Source: Candidatus Zixiibacteriota bacterium (GTDB taxonomy: Bacteria; Zixibacteria; MSB-5A5; GN15; JAAZOE01). Taken from it: DNA of 54,047 nucleotides. The notes beneath the pieces are model-generated. The model saw only the letters and a list, made by a program, of their open reading frames with translations, made no database searches and was not told the DNA's origin. This document shows positions 29,622 through 38,736 of this stretch, in pieces; within the stretch, counting starts at the first letter, position 1, and each line of letters begins with the position of its first letter. The DNA lies in contig JBDREQ010000078.1 in the NCBI GenBank assembly GCA_043819555.1, positions 1 through 54,047 on the forward strand, given 5' to 3'. A program made the position numbers and the translations under genes.

Positions 29622-31607
29622 CTATCGGGACGATTCATCGCGCCAGATAGAAAATGAATCCCGGTTTATTAGCGGAGAATCATTAAATTCATCAATATAT
29701 TGCCTATATAAAATATGAAATGACAGAATCGCCACAAATGACATGTTATCTTTGAACGATAAGTGAGTATCCGAGAATCTTGAGCATTTTTTTCTCAATT
29801 TGGATACTGCCTCAGGATTAAATACGCCAACCGTTTTCAAATAACTCTCAGACAGCATTTCATTGACATATTCCGGTGAATCGGGCTGAACAAAACAGTT
29901 GGAATCGGGCGCCATATAAGGCTGTTTCACCCGCTTAGTGATAGATTCGGGGAGAACATCAGCCATAGCCTTTTTGAGAACATATTTTTCATTCAGGCCG
30001 CTAATTTTGTAACCGGGAGGAATCTGCGCTGCAAATTCGACAAAATTATGATCCAGAAACGGAAAACGCCCCTCAACCGAGTTGGCCGCCGCCACTCGAT
30101 CCCCCTGGGACGACAGCAGGTAACCGGACAACAATGACTTCGCTTCCAAAAATTGTGCACGTACCAGATGATGCCAGCCCAAATAATTGTCGGGCAGGTT
30201 ATTGCCATAAGCTAAAACGGCATCATACCCGGCAATACTATCGCGAATATCTTTGGTAAAGAAATCTTTAATTTTCGAGGTCGTATTAATCCTTGGAATG
30301 TGAGAAAAATAATATTCGCTGGTTTTATCAAGTCCTGATTTATAGAACGTCTCAAGATAAAATTGAGCTCTCGCCCCCGAAACCGGCAGAGTCGGGTAAA
30401 GTTTTTTGAGTAATTTGGGTCGCTTTTTCGAATCAGGATTTCTTGACCAGAATTCTCGAATAATCGTTTCTTTGAAAATATCGTACCCGCCCAGGATTTC
30501 ATCCGAACCTTCTCCGGTTAGAACTACTTTGAAATCATTCTCCCGAACCAGTGCCGACAGCAAATACAGCGGCGTTGGAGCGGTTCTGATAATCGGCCGT
30601 TCAGCATGCCAAATAACTTTAGGGAAAGCTTTGGCAATTGATTTATAATCGCAGGTTACGACGTGGTGACTGGTTCCCAGATATTTGGCCATCTTTTTTT
30701 GATGGGTCGATTCATCGAAGGCTTTATCCTCAAAAGCCACTGAAAAAGTTTCCAGCCGGGTTTTATCAATTTGGCGTATTAATGCCGTCGCCGCCGATGA
30801 ATCCAATCCGCCCGATAAATAGGCCCCGACCGGGACATCGGCCCGCAATCGAAGCCGAACGGATTCAGTCAATTTTTCCTTTAATTCTTCGGCATATGAT
30901 TCAACCGGGCGTGAATAATCAAATTCGCCGGGAAAATCCATTTGCCAATAGCGGCCATGGTTAATTTTCCCATCTTTTATCTCCAACCATGTTCCCGCCT
31001 CGAGTTCATTGATGTTTTCAAACGGCGTTCGCGGCGGGGCTGAAGTCCACCAGGCAAAAGTTTCATCAAGGGCTTTATAATCAATTCGTCGAGGTATCGA
31101 CCACTCACAAAAAATCGCTTTCATTTCCGAGGCGAAATACAGCCGGCCATTATCAATTGTGTAAAATACCGGTCGAATGCCCAGCCTGTCACGGGAGATG
31201 AATATGGATTTTTTCGATTTATCATAAATCGCAAAGGCAAACTGGCCGTTAAACCGATTCAGACATTCTTTTCCCCACTCTTCATAAGCATGGACGATTA
31301 CTTCGGTATCCGACTTGGTTTTGAATATATGCCCCAGCGACTCCAGTTCGGGGCGAAGCTCGACATAATTGTATATTTCGCCGTTGAAGGTTATCCAGAC
31401 ATTTTCATCCTCATTGGATAGCGGCTGCGAACCGGTCGACAAATCGATGATGGATAAGCGCGCCTGGCCCAATCCGCAGCGATTATCAAAATAAGCGCCA
31501 AATTCATCCGGGCCGCGATGACGAAGAATAGAGACCATTCTTATTATTAAATCATAATCGGGAGGTGTGCTTTGATTGATTTGAAAATACCCGGCGATAC
31601 CACACAT
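29622..31607 (-). CDS. asnB: Asparagine synthase (glutamine-hydrolysing) family amidotransferase
   Basis: N-terminal MCGIAG, HRGPD, NGEIYN, LSGGLDSS, LTGEGSDE and RFPFLD. Confidence 0.95.
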   Translation of the reverse strand: MCGIAGYFQINQSTPPDYDLIIRMVSILRHRGPDEFGAYFDNRCGLGQARLSIIDLSTGSQPLSNEDENVWITFNGEIYNYVELRPELESLGHIFKTKSDTEVIVHAYEEWGKECLNRFNGQFAFAIYDKSKKSIFISRDRLGIRPVFYTIDNGRLYFASEMKAIFCEWSIPRRIDYKALDETFAWWTSAPPRTPFENINELEAGTWLEIKDGKINHGRYWQMDFPGEFDYSRPVESYAEELKEKLTESVRLRLRADVPVGAYLSGGLDSSAATALIRQIDKTRLETFSVAFEDKAFDESTHQKKMAKYLGTSHHVVTCDYKSIAKAFPKVIWHAERPIIRTAPTPLYLLSALVRENDFKVVLTGEGSDEILGGYDIFKETIIREFWSRNPDSKKRPKLLKKLYPTLPVSGARAQFYLETFYKSGLDKTSEYYFSHIPRINTTSKIKDFFTKDIRDSIAGYDAVLAYGNNLPDNYLGWHHLVRAQFLEAKSLLSGYLLSSQGDRVAAANSVEGRFPFLDHNFVEFAAQIPPGYKISGLNEKYVLKKAMADVLPESITKRVKQPYMAPDSNCFVQPDSPEYVNEMLSESYLKTVGVFNPEAVSKLRKKCSRFSDTHLSFKDNMSFVAILSFHILYRQYIDEFNDSPLINRDSFSIWRDESSR

Positions 31608-31682
31608 AATTGATAATTCTTTTTATCAAATTCGCCCCAAAAGAATAAATGCTCCCCCCGGGCGAGTAGAATGAGAACGAAT

Positions 31683-31937
31683 TTATGCCGCCGTTTTGGC
31701 GGCCACAAATTCGGCGATTTTGTTTATTGAATCGAGATTATCCGGGACTAATTCCTCATCCTCGACTTTGATTGAGAAATTCTCCTCCAGATAAAGCACT
31801 AATTCCAAAATTCCGGTCGAATCAATAGTCCCTGATTCCAAAAGTGAATCATCGTTTCCGATCTTTAAATCTTCATCAAAAATAAACTGCTCGGAGATGA
31901 AATCCGCCACCTTTTTGCTAATATCCTGCTTTTCCAT
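31683..31937 (-). CDS. Acyl carrier protein
   Basis: 84 aa acidic protein with GTIDSTGILELV (phosphopantetheine Ser) and ELVPDNLDSI. Confidence 0.92.
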   Translation of the reverse strand: MEKQDISKKVADFISEQFIFDEDLKIGNDDSLLESGTIDSTGILELVLYLEENFSIKVEDEELVPDNLDSINKIAEFVAAKTAA

Positions 31938-32077
31938 AATCTTCCATTTAATCCGGTTAATTATACTCCCTTACGTCCGAATATCAAAAATGTATGGAGT
32001 CTTTTATAAAAATTCAATATATATGTTATATCGAGACGTAAGGCAATTTAATTAACTGAATTTTGCGGGGTTTGATT

Positions 32078-33046
32078 ATGGCGTTTCATAAAGATGTTTT
32101 GAGAATAGATGCCGAAAAGGAAGCCGAATTCATTGCTAAAACGATAAAGCGGCAGGTACGGCAGGATCTAAAACGAGGCGGTGTCGTTGTCGGCATCTCC
32201 GGAGGAATTGATTCTTCGGTGGTGGCGGCCCTATGCGTCAAGGCTCTGGGGCCGGAAAAAGTCCTGGGAATTATGCTCCCCGAAAAAGAATCGAGCCCCG
32301 ACAGTAAAAATCTGGCTCAGGTTCTGGCCGACGGTTTGGGAATCGAATCGATTGTTGTGAATATCGCTCCGGCTTTGGAAGGTTTCGAATGTTACCGAAA
32401 ACGGGACGATGCCCTGAAACGAGTTTTTCCCGAATACAGCGAAAGATATAACGTCAAAATAACCAATGCCGCCCGCCCTCTCGAAAAAGCCTCGTTCAAT
32501 TTTTTCAACGCCACGATAATAGCTCCCGATGGAACCGAACAAACCAAACGGTTGCCGCGCGATGAATATTTACAAATCGTCGCTGCCTCCAATTATAAGC
32601 AGCGCACCCGCATGTCGCATCTGTACTATCAAGCCGAGCGCCTCAATTATGCCGTTGCCGGTACCGGTCAGAAAGACGAACACGAACTTGGGTTTTTTGT
32701 CAAATATGGCGATGGCGGAGCCGATTTCAAGCCAATTGCACACCTGTATAAAATGCAGGTTTATATGCTGGCCGAAGCTCTCCCCGTCCCGGAAGAGATT
32801 CGTCAGCGCCGACCGACAACAGATACCTACACCGCTGAAGTCACTCATGAAGAATTTTTCTACGGGATGCCGTTTGAGATAATGGATCCCTGCTGGTACG
32901 GACTCGAAAACGATTATCCTCCGGAAGATGTCGCAAAGGCGTTGGGATTGACAACTGAGCAGGTTGAACGGGTTTACAAAGACATCCAGCAAAAAATGCG
33001 CGGCACTCGTTACCTGCGCATGCCCCCGATTCACGTTGATGATTGA
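32078..33046 (+). CDS. nadE: NH3-dependent NAD+ synthetase-family protein (ACP-cluster-associated)
   Basis: GISGGIDSSV, NYKQRTRM, GFFVKYGDGG and PIAHLYK.QVY. ATG 32078 preferred. Confidence 0.85.
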   Translation: MAFHKDVLRIDAEKEAEFIAKTIKRQVRQDLKRGGVVVGISGGIDSSVVAALCVKALGPEKVLGIMLPEKESSPDSKNLAQVLADGLGIESIVVNIAPALEGFECYRKRDDALKRVFPEYSERYNVKITNAARPLEKASFNFFNATIIAPDGTEQTKRLPRDEYLQIVAASNYKQRTRMSHLYYQAERLNYAVAGTGQKDEHELGFFVKYGDGGADFKPIAHLYKMQVYMLAEALPVPEEIRQRRPTTDTYTAEVTHEEFFYGMPFEIMDPCWYGLENDYPPEDVAKALGLTTEQVERVYKDIQQKMRGTRYLRMPPIHVDD

Positions 33047-33209
33047 ATATTGCAAATCTTTCAGTATGGAAAACGACCAGCCCAAAAACTAATTAATTGA
33101 TGGGTGCATAAATCTCATACTCGATTATTTTGTTTTCAATGTTTTTTCATAAGCAATCGTCTTGTATTCATTCATGCAGCCAGGCTATCGTTTTTTAATG
33201 GAGTGATCC

Positions 33210-34142
33210 ATGAAATTCATCTCTCACAAATTTGTTTTTCTTGTGATAATATTGACGTTATCGATCCCAATCATGACGCAGGCGTCGTCTATAGTCGGTC
33301 AGTTTCCTTTCAAGGTTGACCGCAATAGAACAATATTGCCGGTAAGGATCGGGGAATCGGATACTCTCGATGTTATCCTTGACAGCGGGATGGGTTTTGC
33401 CGGATTTTATTTTTTCCACAGGGAATTAAAAGATCAACTGGGATTGAATACTTTGCGAGAAGTTATTGTTCCCGGGGCGGGAAGCGGCGAAGGTTCCAAA
33501 GCATGGCAGGTTGACTCGGCTACTATTCATATTGGAAGTATGGATTTTGATAACCAAATGGTTATAATTTCCAGGAGTGAATATACTCAGACTTTTCCCA
33601 CTGACGGTGTTGCGGGATGGACTTTATTAGGGCCATACGCTGTTGAAATTGACTATAATAAATTGATTATGACCCTACATGATCCTCAAAAATTGTCCCT
33701 GGATTCGAATTGGACAACTCTGGATATGACACTAAACAAAAAAAACGTTCCTTTTATTGACGTTGCCATAAGTATTGCCGGGGAAGATGATATTCCCATT
33801 TCCTGCTATATAGATTTTGCGGCCGGTGAAGCTATTGAATTGATGGAGAAACAAAGTATGAAATTCGGGTATCCCGATAGCTTAACAAAATCATATTTGG
33901 GTACTGGGCTCAGCGGGGATATTTATGGCAGTTATGGGAGAATTGCCAGTCTTACTATTGCCAATCATAAATTATCTAATGTAAAGGCCGCTTATGCCAG
34001 TGAAGAGGTTCGCTCCAAAATGGAAGGCGCAGATGGTATTATCGGCAATGATGCCCTAAGGCGATTTAATCTAATTTTTGACTATAATAATTTGAAATTA
34101 TATCTGAAACCAAATAGCCATTTTGATGAGCCTTTTGAGTAA
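33210..34142 (+). CDS. Secreted two-lobed retropepsin-like aspartyl protease family protein
   Basis: Signal peptide, ILDSG...DGVAG and YIDFAA...DGIIG...FDY repeats. Confidence 0.8.
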   Translation: MKFISHKFVFLVIILTLSIPIMTQASSIVGQFPFKVDRNRTILPVRIGESDTLDVILDSGMGFAGFYFFHRELKDQLGLNTLREVIVPGAGSGEGSKAWQVDSATIHIGSMDFDNQMVIISRSEYTQTFPTDGVAGWTLLGPYAVEIDYNKLIMTLHDPQKLSLDSNWTTLDMTLNKKNVPFIDVAISIAGEDDIPISCYIDFAAGEAIELMEKQSMKFGYPDSLTKSYLGTGLSGDIYGSYGRIASLTIANHKLSNVKAAYASEEVRSKMEGADGIIGNDALRRFNLIFDYNNLKLYLKPNSHFDEPFE

Positions 34143-34163
34143 ATAAAATATACCCTACAAGAT

Positions 34164-34273
34164 TGTCCATAATATGAACAGTTCGAGTGGCATCACAAAG
34201 GATAGTCGCATAGGGAGTTATCGCAAACATGGGCAGATAATTCCAAAATACTGTTGCATTCCTTAACAGTATT
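34164..34273. promoter_or_regulatory. Two palindromic TGT-N11-ACA sites, putative enhancer-binding-protein sites for the PEP-CTERM promoter
   Basis: TGTCCATAATATGAACA (34164-34180) and AATACTGTT-N9-AACAGTATT (34247-34273), 60-170 bp upstream of the sigma-54 site. Confidence 0.45.
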
Positions 34274-34331
34274 ATGACATATTTCCTGATATTCAATTCG
34301 TATCCCGTTGAATCACAAAGCAATACTATAT

Positions 34332-34347
34332 TGGCACTATTTTTGCT
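34332..34347 (+). promoter_or_regulatory. sigma-54 promoter of the PEP-CTERM genes
   Basis: TGGCACTATTTTTGCT matches the consensus TGGCAC-N5-TTGC. Confidence 0.8.
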
Positions 34348-34392
34348 TAGTAAATTGTTGCACTAAAGCAATTAAGGATTGGGGAGGATTCA

Positions 34393-34988
34393 ATGCGAAA
34401 TATTCTGGTTTTTCTGGTTCTAATACTAATTTCAGGCCCCGCCTTCGGCCAAAGTCTTTTCAATATTCAACAATCATATATACAACACCTTGATGAAGAT
34501 AGTTATCGGCTAAGAATTGAAGTAGACTGGAATGATGATGTGTTGCTGCCACCATCATCATATTATCCTCCCGATTTCAGTGTCGGGCCAGGCCATCCCC
34601 GGTTGAGATACTTCGATTTGTCGACATCGCTTCCCAATACTTATAATTACTATCATGACTTCAACGAATTTCTAATCCATAAATCCCGTCAAATACTATT
34701 CGATGGGAAGGTATCATTTATAGGGGAACAGGGGGCCTAAGAAATGAATTCGGATTTGATTTTGTCTGGGAATCTCCAACACTTAAAACTATGGACTTTA
34801 CATTCTCCGCAACTATTGAGTGGTGGAGCGGAATCACGGAACCGAGTGGCCCATATTATGGACATTTTATGGGCGAAGAAACAAACTCGGGCAATTTTTC
34901 AGCTTACGTTATTCCCGAACCGGCAACAATGTTGCTCCTTGGAATTGGGCTTGCCGGAGTTGGAATAGTAAGAAGGTTGCTTAAATAG
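34393..34988 (+). pseudogene. PEP-CTERM sorting-domain protein 1, frameshifted near 34680
   Basis: Signal-peptide half (34393-34740) and C-terminal half (open from 34683, ...NEFGFDF...VIPEPATMLLLGIGLAGVGIVRRLLK) lie in different frames. Together they align with the downstream paralog. Confidence 0.75.
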
Positions 34989-35031
34989 GTTGCCAATAGT
35001 ATATTCAAAAAAAGCATTGAGGAAAATTAAA

Positions 35032-35616
35032 TTGAAGAAATTTACATTTTTTATTGCATGTATTATTATAGCAGGCCCAACAGTTGGTCAGGGCTTTTTC
35101 AATATTCAAAAATCGTACATCCAACAACTCGATGCAGATAGTTATCGCTTGCGAATAGAAGTGGATTGGGAAGAGGAAACGCTCCCGGCACCATCTGAAC
35201 CTCACTTTTCATATGCTTCGCCGGGATTGCCACAATTTCAATACTTCGAACTATCGTCACCACAGAATACATATAATTTTTATAATAATTACAATGATTA
35301 TTGAGTTTCTTCAAGCCAAACATATACAATATGGGCTCCACATACATATCATAATTTTGGAATCCTTGGAAACGAGTTTGGATTTGACTTTGATGTATCA
35401 GCCACATTATTTGAATCAATGAATTTTTCTTACACAGCCGATATTTATTGGGTGAGTGGGATAACTACTGTTAGCGGAGAAATGTATGGGCTGAACCTGG
35501 CCAGCATGAATTATTCAGGTAATTTTGCGGCTAATGTTATACCCGAACCCACAACATTTATTCTTCTTGGTCTTGGATTAGCAGGCACCGGAATAGTAAG
35601 AAAACTAAGACGATGA
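35032..35616 (+). pseudogene. PEP-CTERM sorting-domain protein 2 with one in-frame TGA (35302-35304)
   Basis: TTG start after GAGG: MKKFTFFIACIIIAGP...NYNDY*VSSSQ...NEFGFDF...VIPEPTTFILLGLGLAGTGIVRKLRR in a single frame. Confidence 0.75.
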
Positions 35617-35686
35617 TTCAATCAAGATTGAATCTTATCCATAGTGTTAGATATCTTGCGTATTTGTAGAATCAAGAATATAAAAT

Positions 35687-37270
35687 TCAGATCTCCTTTA
35701 ATGCCTGTTTATTGACTTTGCCTGATTGATATTTGGGAAGAGTATCCAAAAATTCGACAAATTTCGGAACCTTGTGCATGGCCAGATGAGTTTTGCAAAA
35801 ATCCTGAATTTCTTTGGTTTCAATAGTCTGATTCTCTTTAATGACTATAAATGCTTTGATCGCCTCACCGAGAATGTCGTCTGAGATGCCCACTATTGCC
35901 GTTTCTAAAATCGCCGGATGTTCAAGGAGCTTTTCTTCAATCTCGCGGGCGCTGACCCGATTCCCGCCGACTTTGAGAATCTCTTTTTTACGCGAAACGA
36001 CGTATATCAACCCGTTTTCATCCCGCCGGGCCAGATCACCGGTAAAGAGTTTTCCATCCTTCAAAACTTCGGCCTGCTCTTCGGGCTGGTTGCGGTAGCC
36101 CATCATAACGCAGTCGCCGGAAACGACGATTTCGCCGACTTTCCCATTCGGAACCTCTTCCCCATTTTCACCAATAATATCAATCGTAATTCCCGGAACC
36201 GGAATACCGATTGAGCCGATGTTTTCATCAAGCATATCCGGAGGCAAATAAGTGACTCTCGGCGATGCCTCGGTCTGGCCATACATAATAAATATCTGCT
36301 TGTCCGGGAATGCGTCCATGACTTTTCGGATTACTTCCGGCGCCATTGCTCCCCCGGCCTGAGTCAGATATCTTAATGACGGAAACTTATTGGAATAGAA
36401 ATTGGGATTGTTCAATAGTATCATGAAATTCGAAGGCACACCCGAAAAACCGGTTACTTTTTCACTGGCCATCGTCTCCAAAATTACCTGAGGAAAGGCA
36501 AACCGATTATCGATTACAACTCTTCCACCGGCCAAAATATGAGTCAGCAGAAGCGAGTTGCCATAAATATAATAAAATGGCAGAATGACAATTATCGAAT
36601 CATCCGGACTTAATTCAAGATATTCTACTGTCGCCAAAGTATTGGACATTAAATTACGATGCGACAACATAACGCCTTTAGGCGTGCCGGTGCTCCCAGA
36701 AGTATAAAAGACCGCAGCCAATTCATGGGGCGTATCCCCGATAGCAGTATGAGTCAGATTGTCAACCGGCAATTGCTTTTCTATATCACGGATAAACGCT
36801 TCAAAATTGATTTTTTTATCAGAAATTTCCAGAATCTCAGAAAGAAATTCGGTCCGTTTACCCAATGAAGATAAATCCATTTTGCGGTCAGAAATTATAA
36901 GATCAACCGGAGAATCGGAATCAATGATCTGATTGATATGCCGTGTATACTTTTTCTGGATAAAAAGCCCTTTAGCTCCGCAATCTTTAAGGATAAATTT
37001 GAATTTATCCGGCTTTAGCGATGTGTCCAGCGGGACAGGTATCAAACCAGCGGCGATAATGGAAAAAAACGCCTGAATATACTCAACCGAATTTTCAAAA
37101 AGAACGCCAACGCATGATCCGTGCGGAATTTTCGAACTCTTTAGGAATTCCGAAAGGGTTACAACTGTCTCAATGAGATTTCGGTAGGAAATGTCTTTAT
37201 CACCATGCGTGACCGCAATTTTATCAGGCGATGTCGCTCCGCCTCGTCTGAGAATATCAATAAGTTTCAT
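35687..37270 (-). CDS. ANL-superfamily AMP-dependent acyl/aminoacyl ligase
   Basis: YTSGSTGTPKGVMLSH, MYGQTEA, TGDL and LPKYQSGKV motifs. Confidence 0.92.
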   Translation of the reverse strand: MKLIDILRRGGATSPDKIAVTHGDKDISYRNLIETVVTLSEFLKSSKIPHGSCVGVLFENSVEYIQAFFSIIAAGLIPVPLDTSLKPDKFKFILKDCGAKGLFIQKKYTRHINQIIDSDSPVDLIISDRKMDLSSLGKRTEFLSEILEISDKKINFEAFIRDIEKQLPVDNLTHTAIGDTPHELAAVFYTSGSTGTPKGVMLSHRNLMSNTLATVEYLELSPDDSIIVILPFYYIYGNSLLLTHILAGGRVVIDNRFAFPQVILETMASEKVTGFSGVPSNFMILLNNPNFYSNKFPSLRYLTQAGGAMAPEVIRKVMDAFPDKQIFIMYGQTEASPRVTYLPPDMLDENIGSIGIPVPGITIDIIGENGEEVPNGKVGEIVVSGDCVMMGYRNQPEEQAEVLKDGKLFTGDLARRDENGLIYVVSRKKEILKVGGNRVSAREIEEKLLEHPAILETAIVGISDDILGEAIKAFIVIKENQTIETKEIQDFCKTHLAMHKVPKFVEFLDTLPKYQSGKVNKQALKEI

Positions 37271-37367
37271 GATTTATCTATCGGTTAAATATCCTGTACG
37301 ATTCATATGTTTGATATATATACTCTCCCGAACGAAAAATCATCAACAATCTCCGATAATAAATTTT

Positions 37368-37396
37368 AAAAAGAAAAACCTCCCTGAAGAGGGAGG
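37368..37396 (-). terminator. Rho-independent terminator after the FN3-repeat gene
   Basis: CCTCCCT-CTTC-AGGGAGG followed by TTTTTCTTTTT on the minus strand. Confidence 0.75.
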
Positions 37397-37431
37397 CTTT
37401 CCCGCGATAGAAGAACAAAATATGAGAGGTG

Positions 37432-38673
37432 TTAAACAGCCTGCCGGAACAGATTGACCTGAAAACCTGTTTCCGGCCTGTGATAAACCGCGAAGACATT
37501 ACCCAGATGCTGGGGGGGAGTATTACTATAACGATGATAATTACTGTTCTCAAAAAACCAACTTAAATCTATAATTGATGCCGGAGGCGTAATATCAATG
37601 GTTGTCCCTGTTGCAACATTGGACAATCCTGACCAGTTGGGAACTTCATCGGCCGTCTTAATCGCAAAATAGTATTGCGTATCGGAATTAAGTCCGGTCA
37701 CGGTATATGATTCGCTCGAACCGGAAACTTGCGGTAACGGTTCTCCGGTAACCTGAGTCGCCGCATCCCAGTTGACATCGGTAATTACTGAAAGAGAATA
37801 GCGAATATCATATTGAGTGGCTGTACCGCTATTGCCATCATCTCCCGGAGCGGTCCATGTCAATAATGCCGTAGTGCCTGTGACGGATTGAACGGTTAAA
37901 TTAGCGACCGCAGAGGGCGCCGCCGACTCCAGATCAGTGGTAGTACTTACAATATTGGAAAGCTGTGACCAGTTTGGAGTATCATCGGCCGCTTTAATCG
38001 CGAAATAATACTGGGTATTAGGAAGCAGACCGGTTACCGTAAATGATTCATTTGACCCGGCGACCTGCGGAGAAGGCTCTCCTAAAGCCTGGGTGGCCGC
38101 ATTCCAATTGGCGTCGGTAATCAATGATGTTGAGAACCTGATATCATAAACTGAAGCCGTCCCGACATCATCATCCGCGCCGGGAGCCGTCCAGTTTAAC
38201 GTTACCGAAGCTGACGTTTTAGTATCGATGGATAAGCCGGCAATGCGAGCCGGAGGAGTGTCTGCATCCAATGTAGTCACCGATATAATATTGGATAATC
38301 CCGACCAGTTAGGCATTTCATCAGAAGTTTTAATCGCAATATAATATGTTGTTGATGGAGTCAGCCCCATAATTGTAAATGACTCCGAAGTACCGGCGAT
38401 TTGAGGCGAGGATTCGCCCGTAACCTGATTGGCGCTATTCCAGTTGCCGGCATTAATCATCGATGTCGAGTATCTAATATCATATTCAGAGGCGGTTCCC
38501 GAAGAGCCATCGTCACCGGGAGCAGTCCAGTAGACAGTAATTGTCGTTTGTGTAGCATCGGCGGCAAGGATATGACTATGCGCAACTAATAACATGATTG
38601 TTAATAATATGGCCGTTATCAGGCTGAAATATCCCCTCAATTGTTGGTCTCTATTAAGTACCAAAATCCGCAT
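37432..38673 (-). CDS. Secreted protein with three FN3-like repeats and a ~40 aa C-terminal tail (no T9SS CTD)
   Basis: Three WTAPG.D...YDIR(Y/F)S...NW..A.Q..GE..PQ..G..ES...GL...T.YY.AIK..D..PNWS.LSN repeats. Confidence 0.9.
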   Translation of the reverse strand: MRILVLNRDQQLRGYFSLITAILLTIMLLVAHSHILAADATQTTITVYWTAPGDDGSSGTASEYDIRYSTSMINAGNWNSANQVTGESSPQIAGTSESFTIMGLTPSTTYYIAIKTSDEMPNWSGLSNIISVTTLDADTPPARIAGLSIDTKTSASVTLNWTAPGADDDVGTASVYDIRFSTSLITDANWNAATQALGEPSPQVAGSNESFTVTGLLPNTQYYFAIKAADDTPNWSQLSNIVSTTTDLESAAPSAVANLTVQSVTGTTALLTWTAPGDDGNSGTATQYDIRYSLSVITDVNWDAATQVTGEPLPQVSGSSESYTVTGLNSDTQYYFAIKTADEVPNWSGLSNVATGTTIDITPPASIIDLSWFFENSNYHRYSNTPPQHLGNVFAVYHRPETGFQVNLFRQAV

Positions 38674-38720
38674 ACTGCTCCTTTATTCAATTTTGGGATT
38701 CTTATGTGCACTTCACGTAT

Positions 38721-38736
38721 ATCAAATTCCGGGCCA
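38721..38736 (-). promoter_or_regulatory. sigma-54-like -24/-12 promoter
   Basis: TGGCCCGGAATTTGAT (GG-N10-GA), ~48 nt upstream of the ATG. Confidence 0.55.

Noticed and set aside
35302..35304. Selenocysteine at the in-frame TGA
   Set aside because: No Cys at the aligned position in the paralog, no redox motif and no evident SECIS-like hairpin downstream.
29622..37270. NRPS/PKS or lasso-peptide cluster (AsnB, ACP, adenylation enzyme)
   Set aside because: No condensation or ketosynthase domain, no lasso B protein or precursor, and AsnB keeps its N-terminal Cys glutaminase domain. The context points to glycan modification.
37560..38540. Nucleotide repeats that might be a CRISPR array or DGR template/variable pair
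   Set aside because: They are ~300 bp in-frame FN3 domain repeats. No spacer-repeat periodicity, cas genes or reverse transcriptase is seen in the window.
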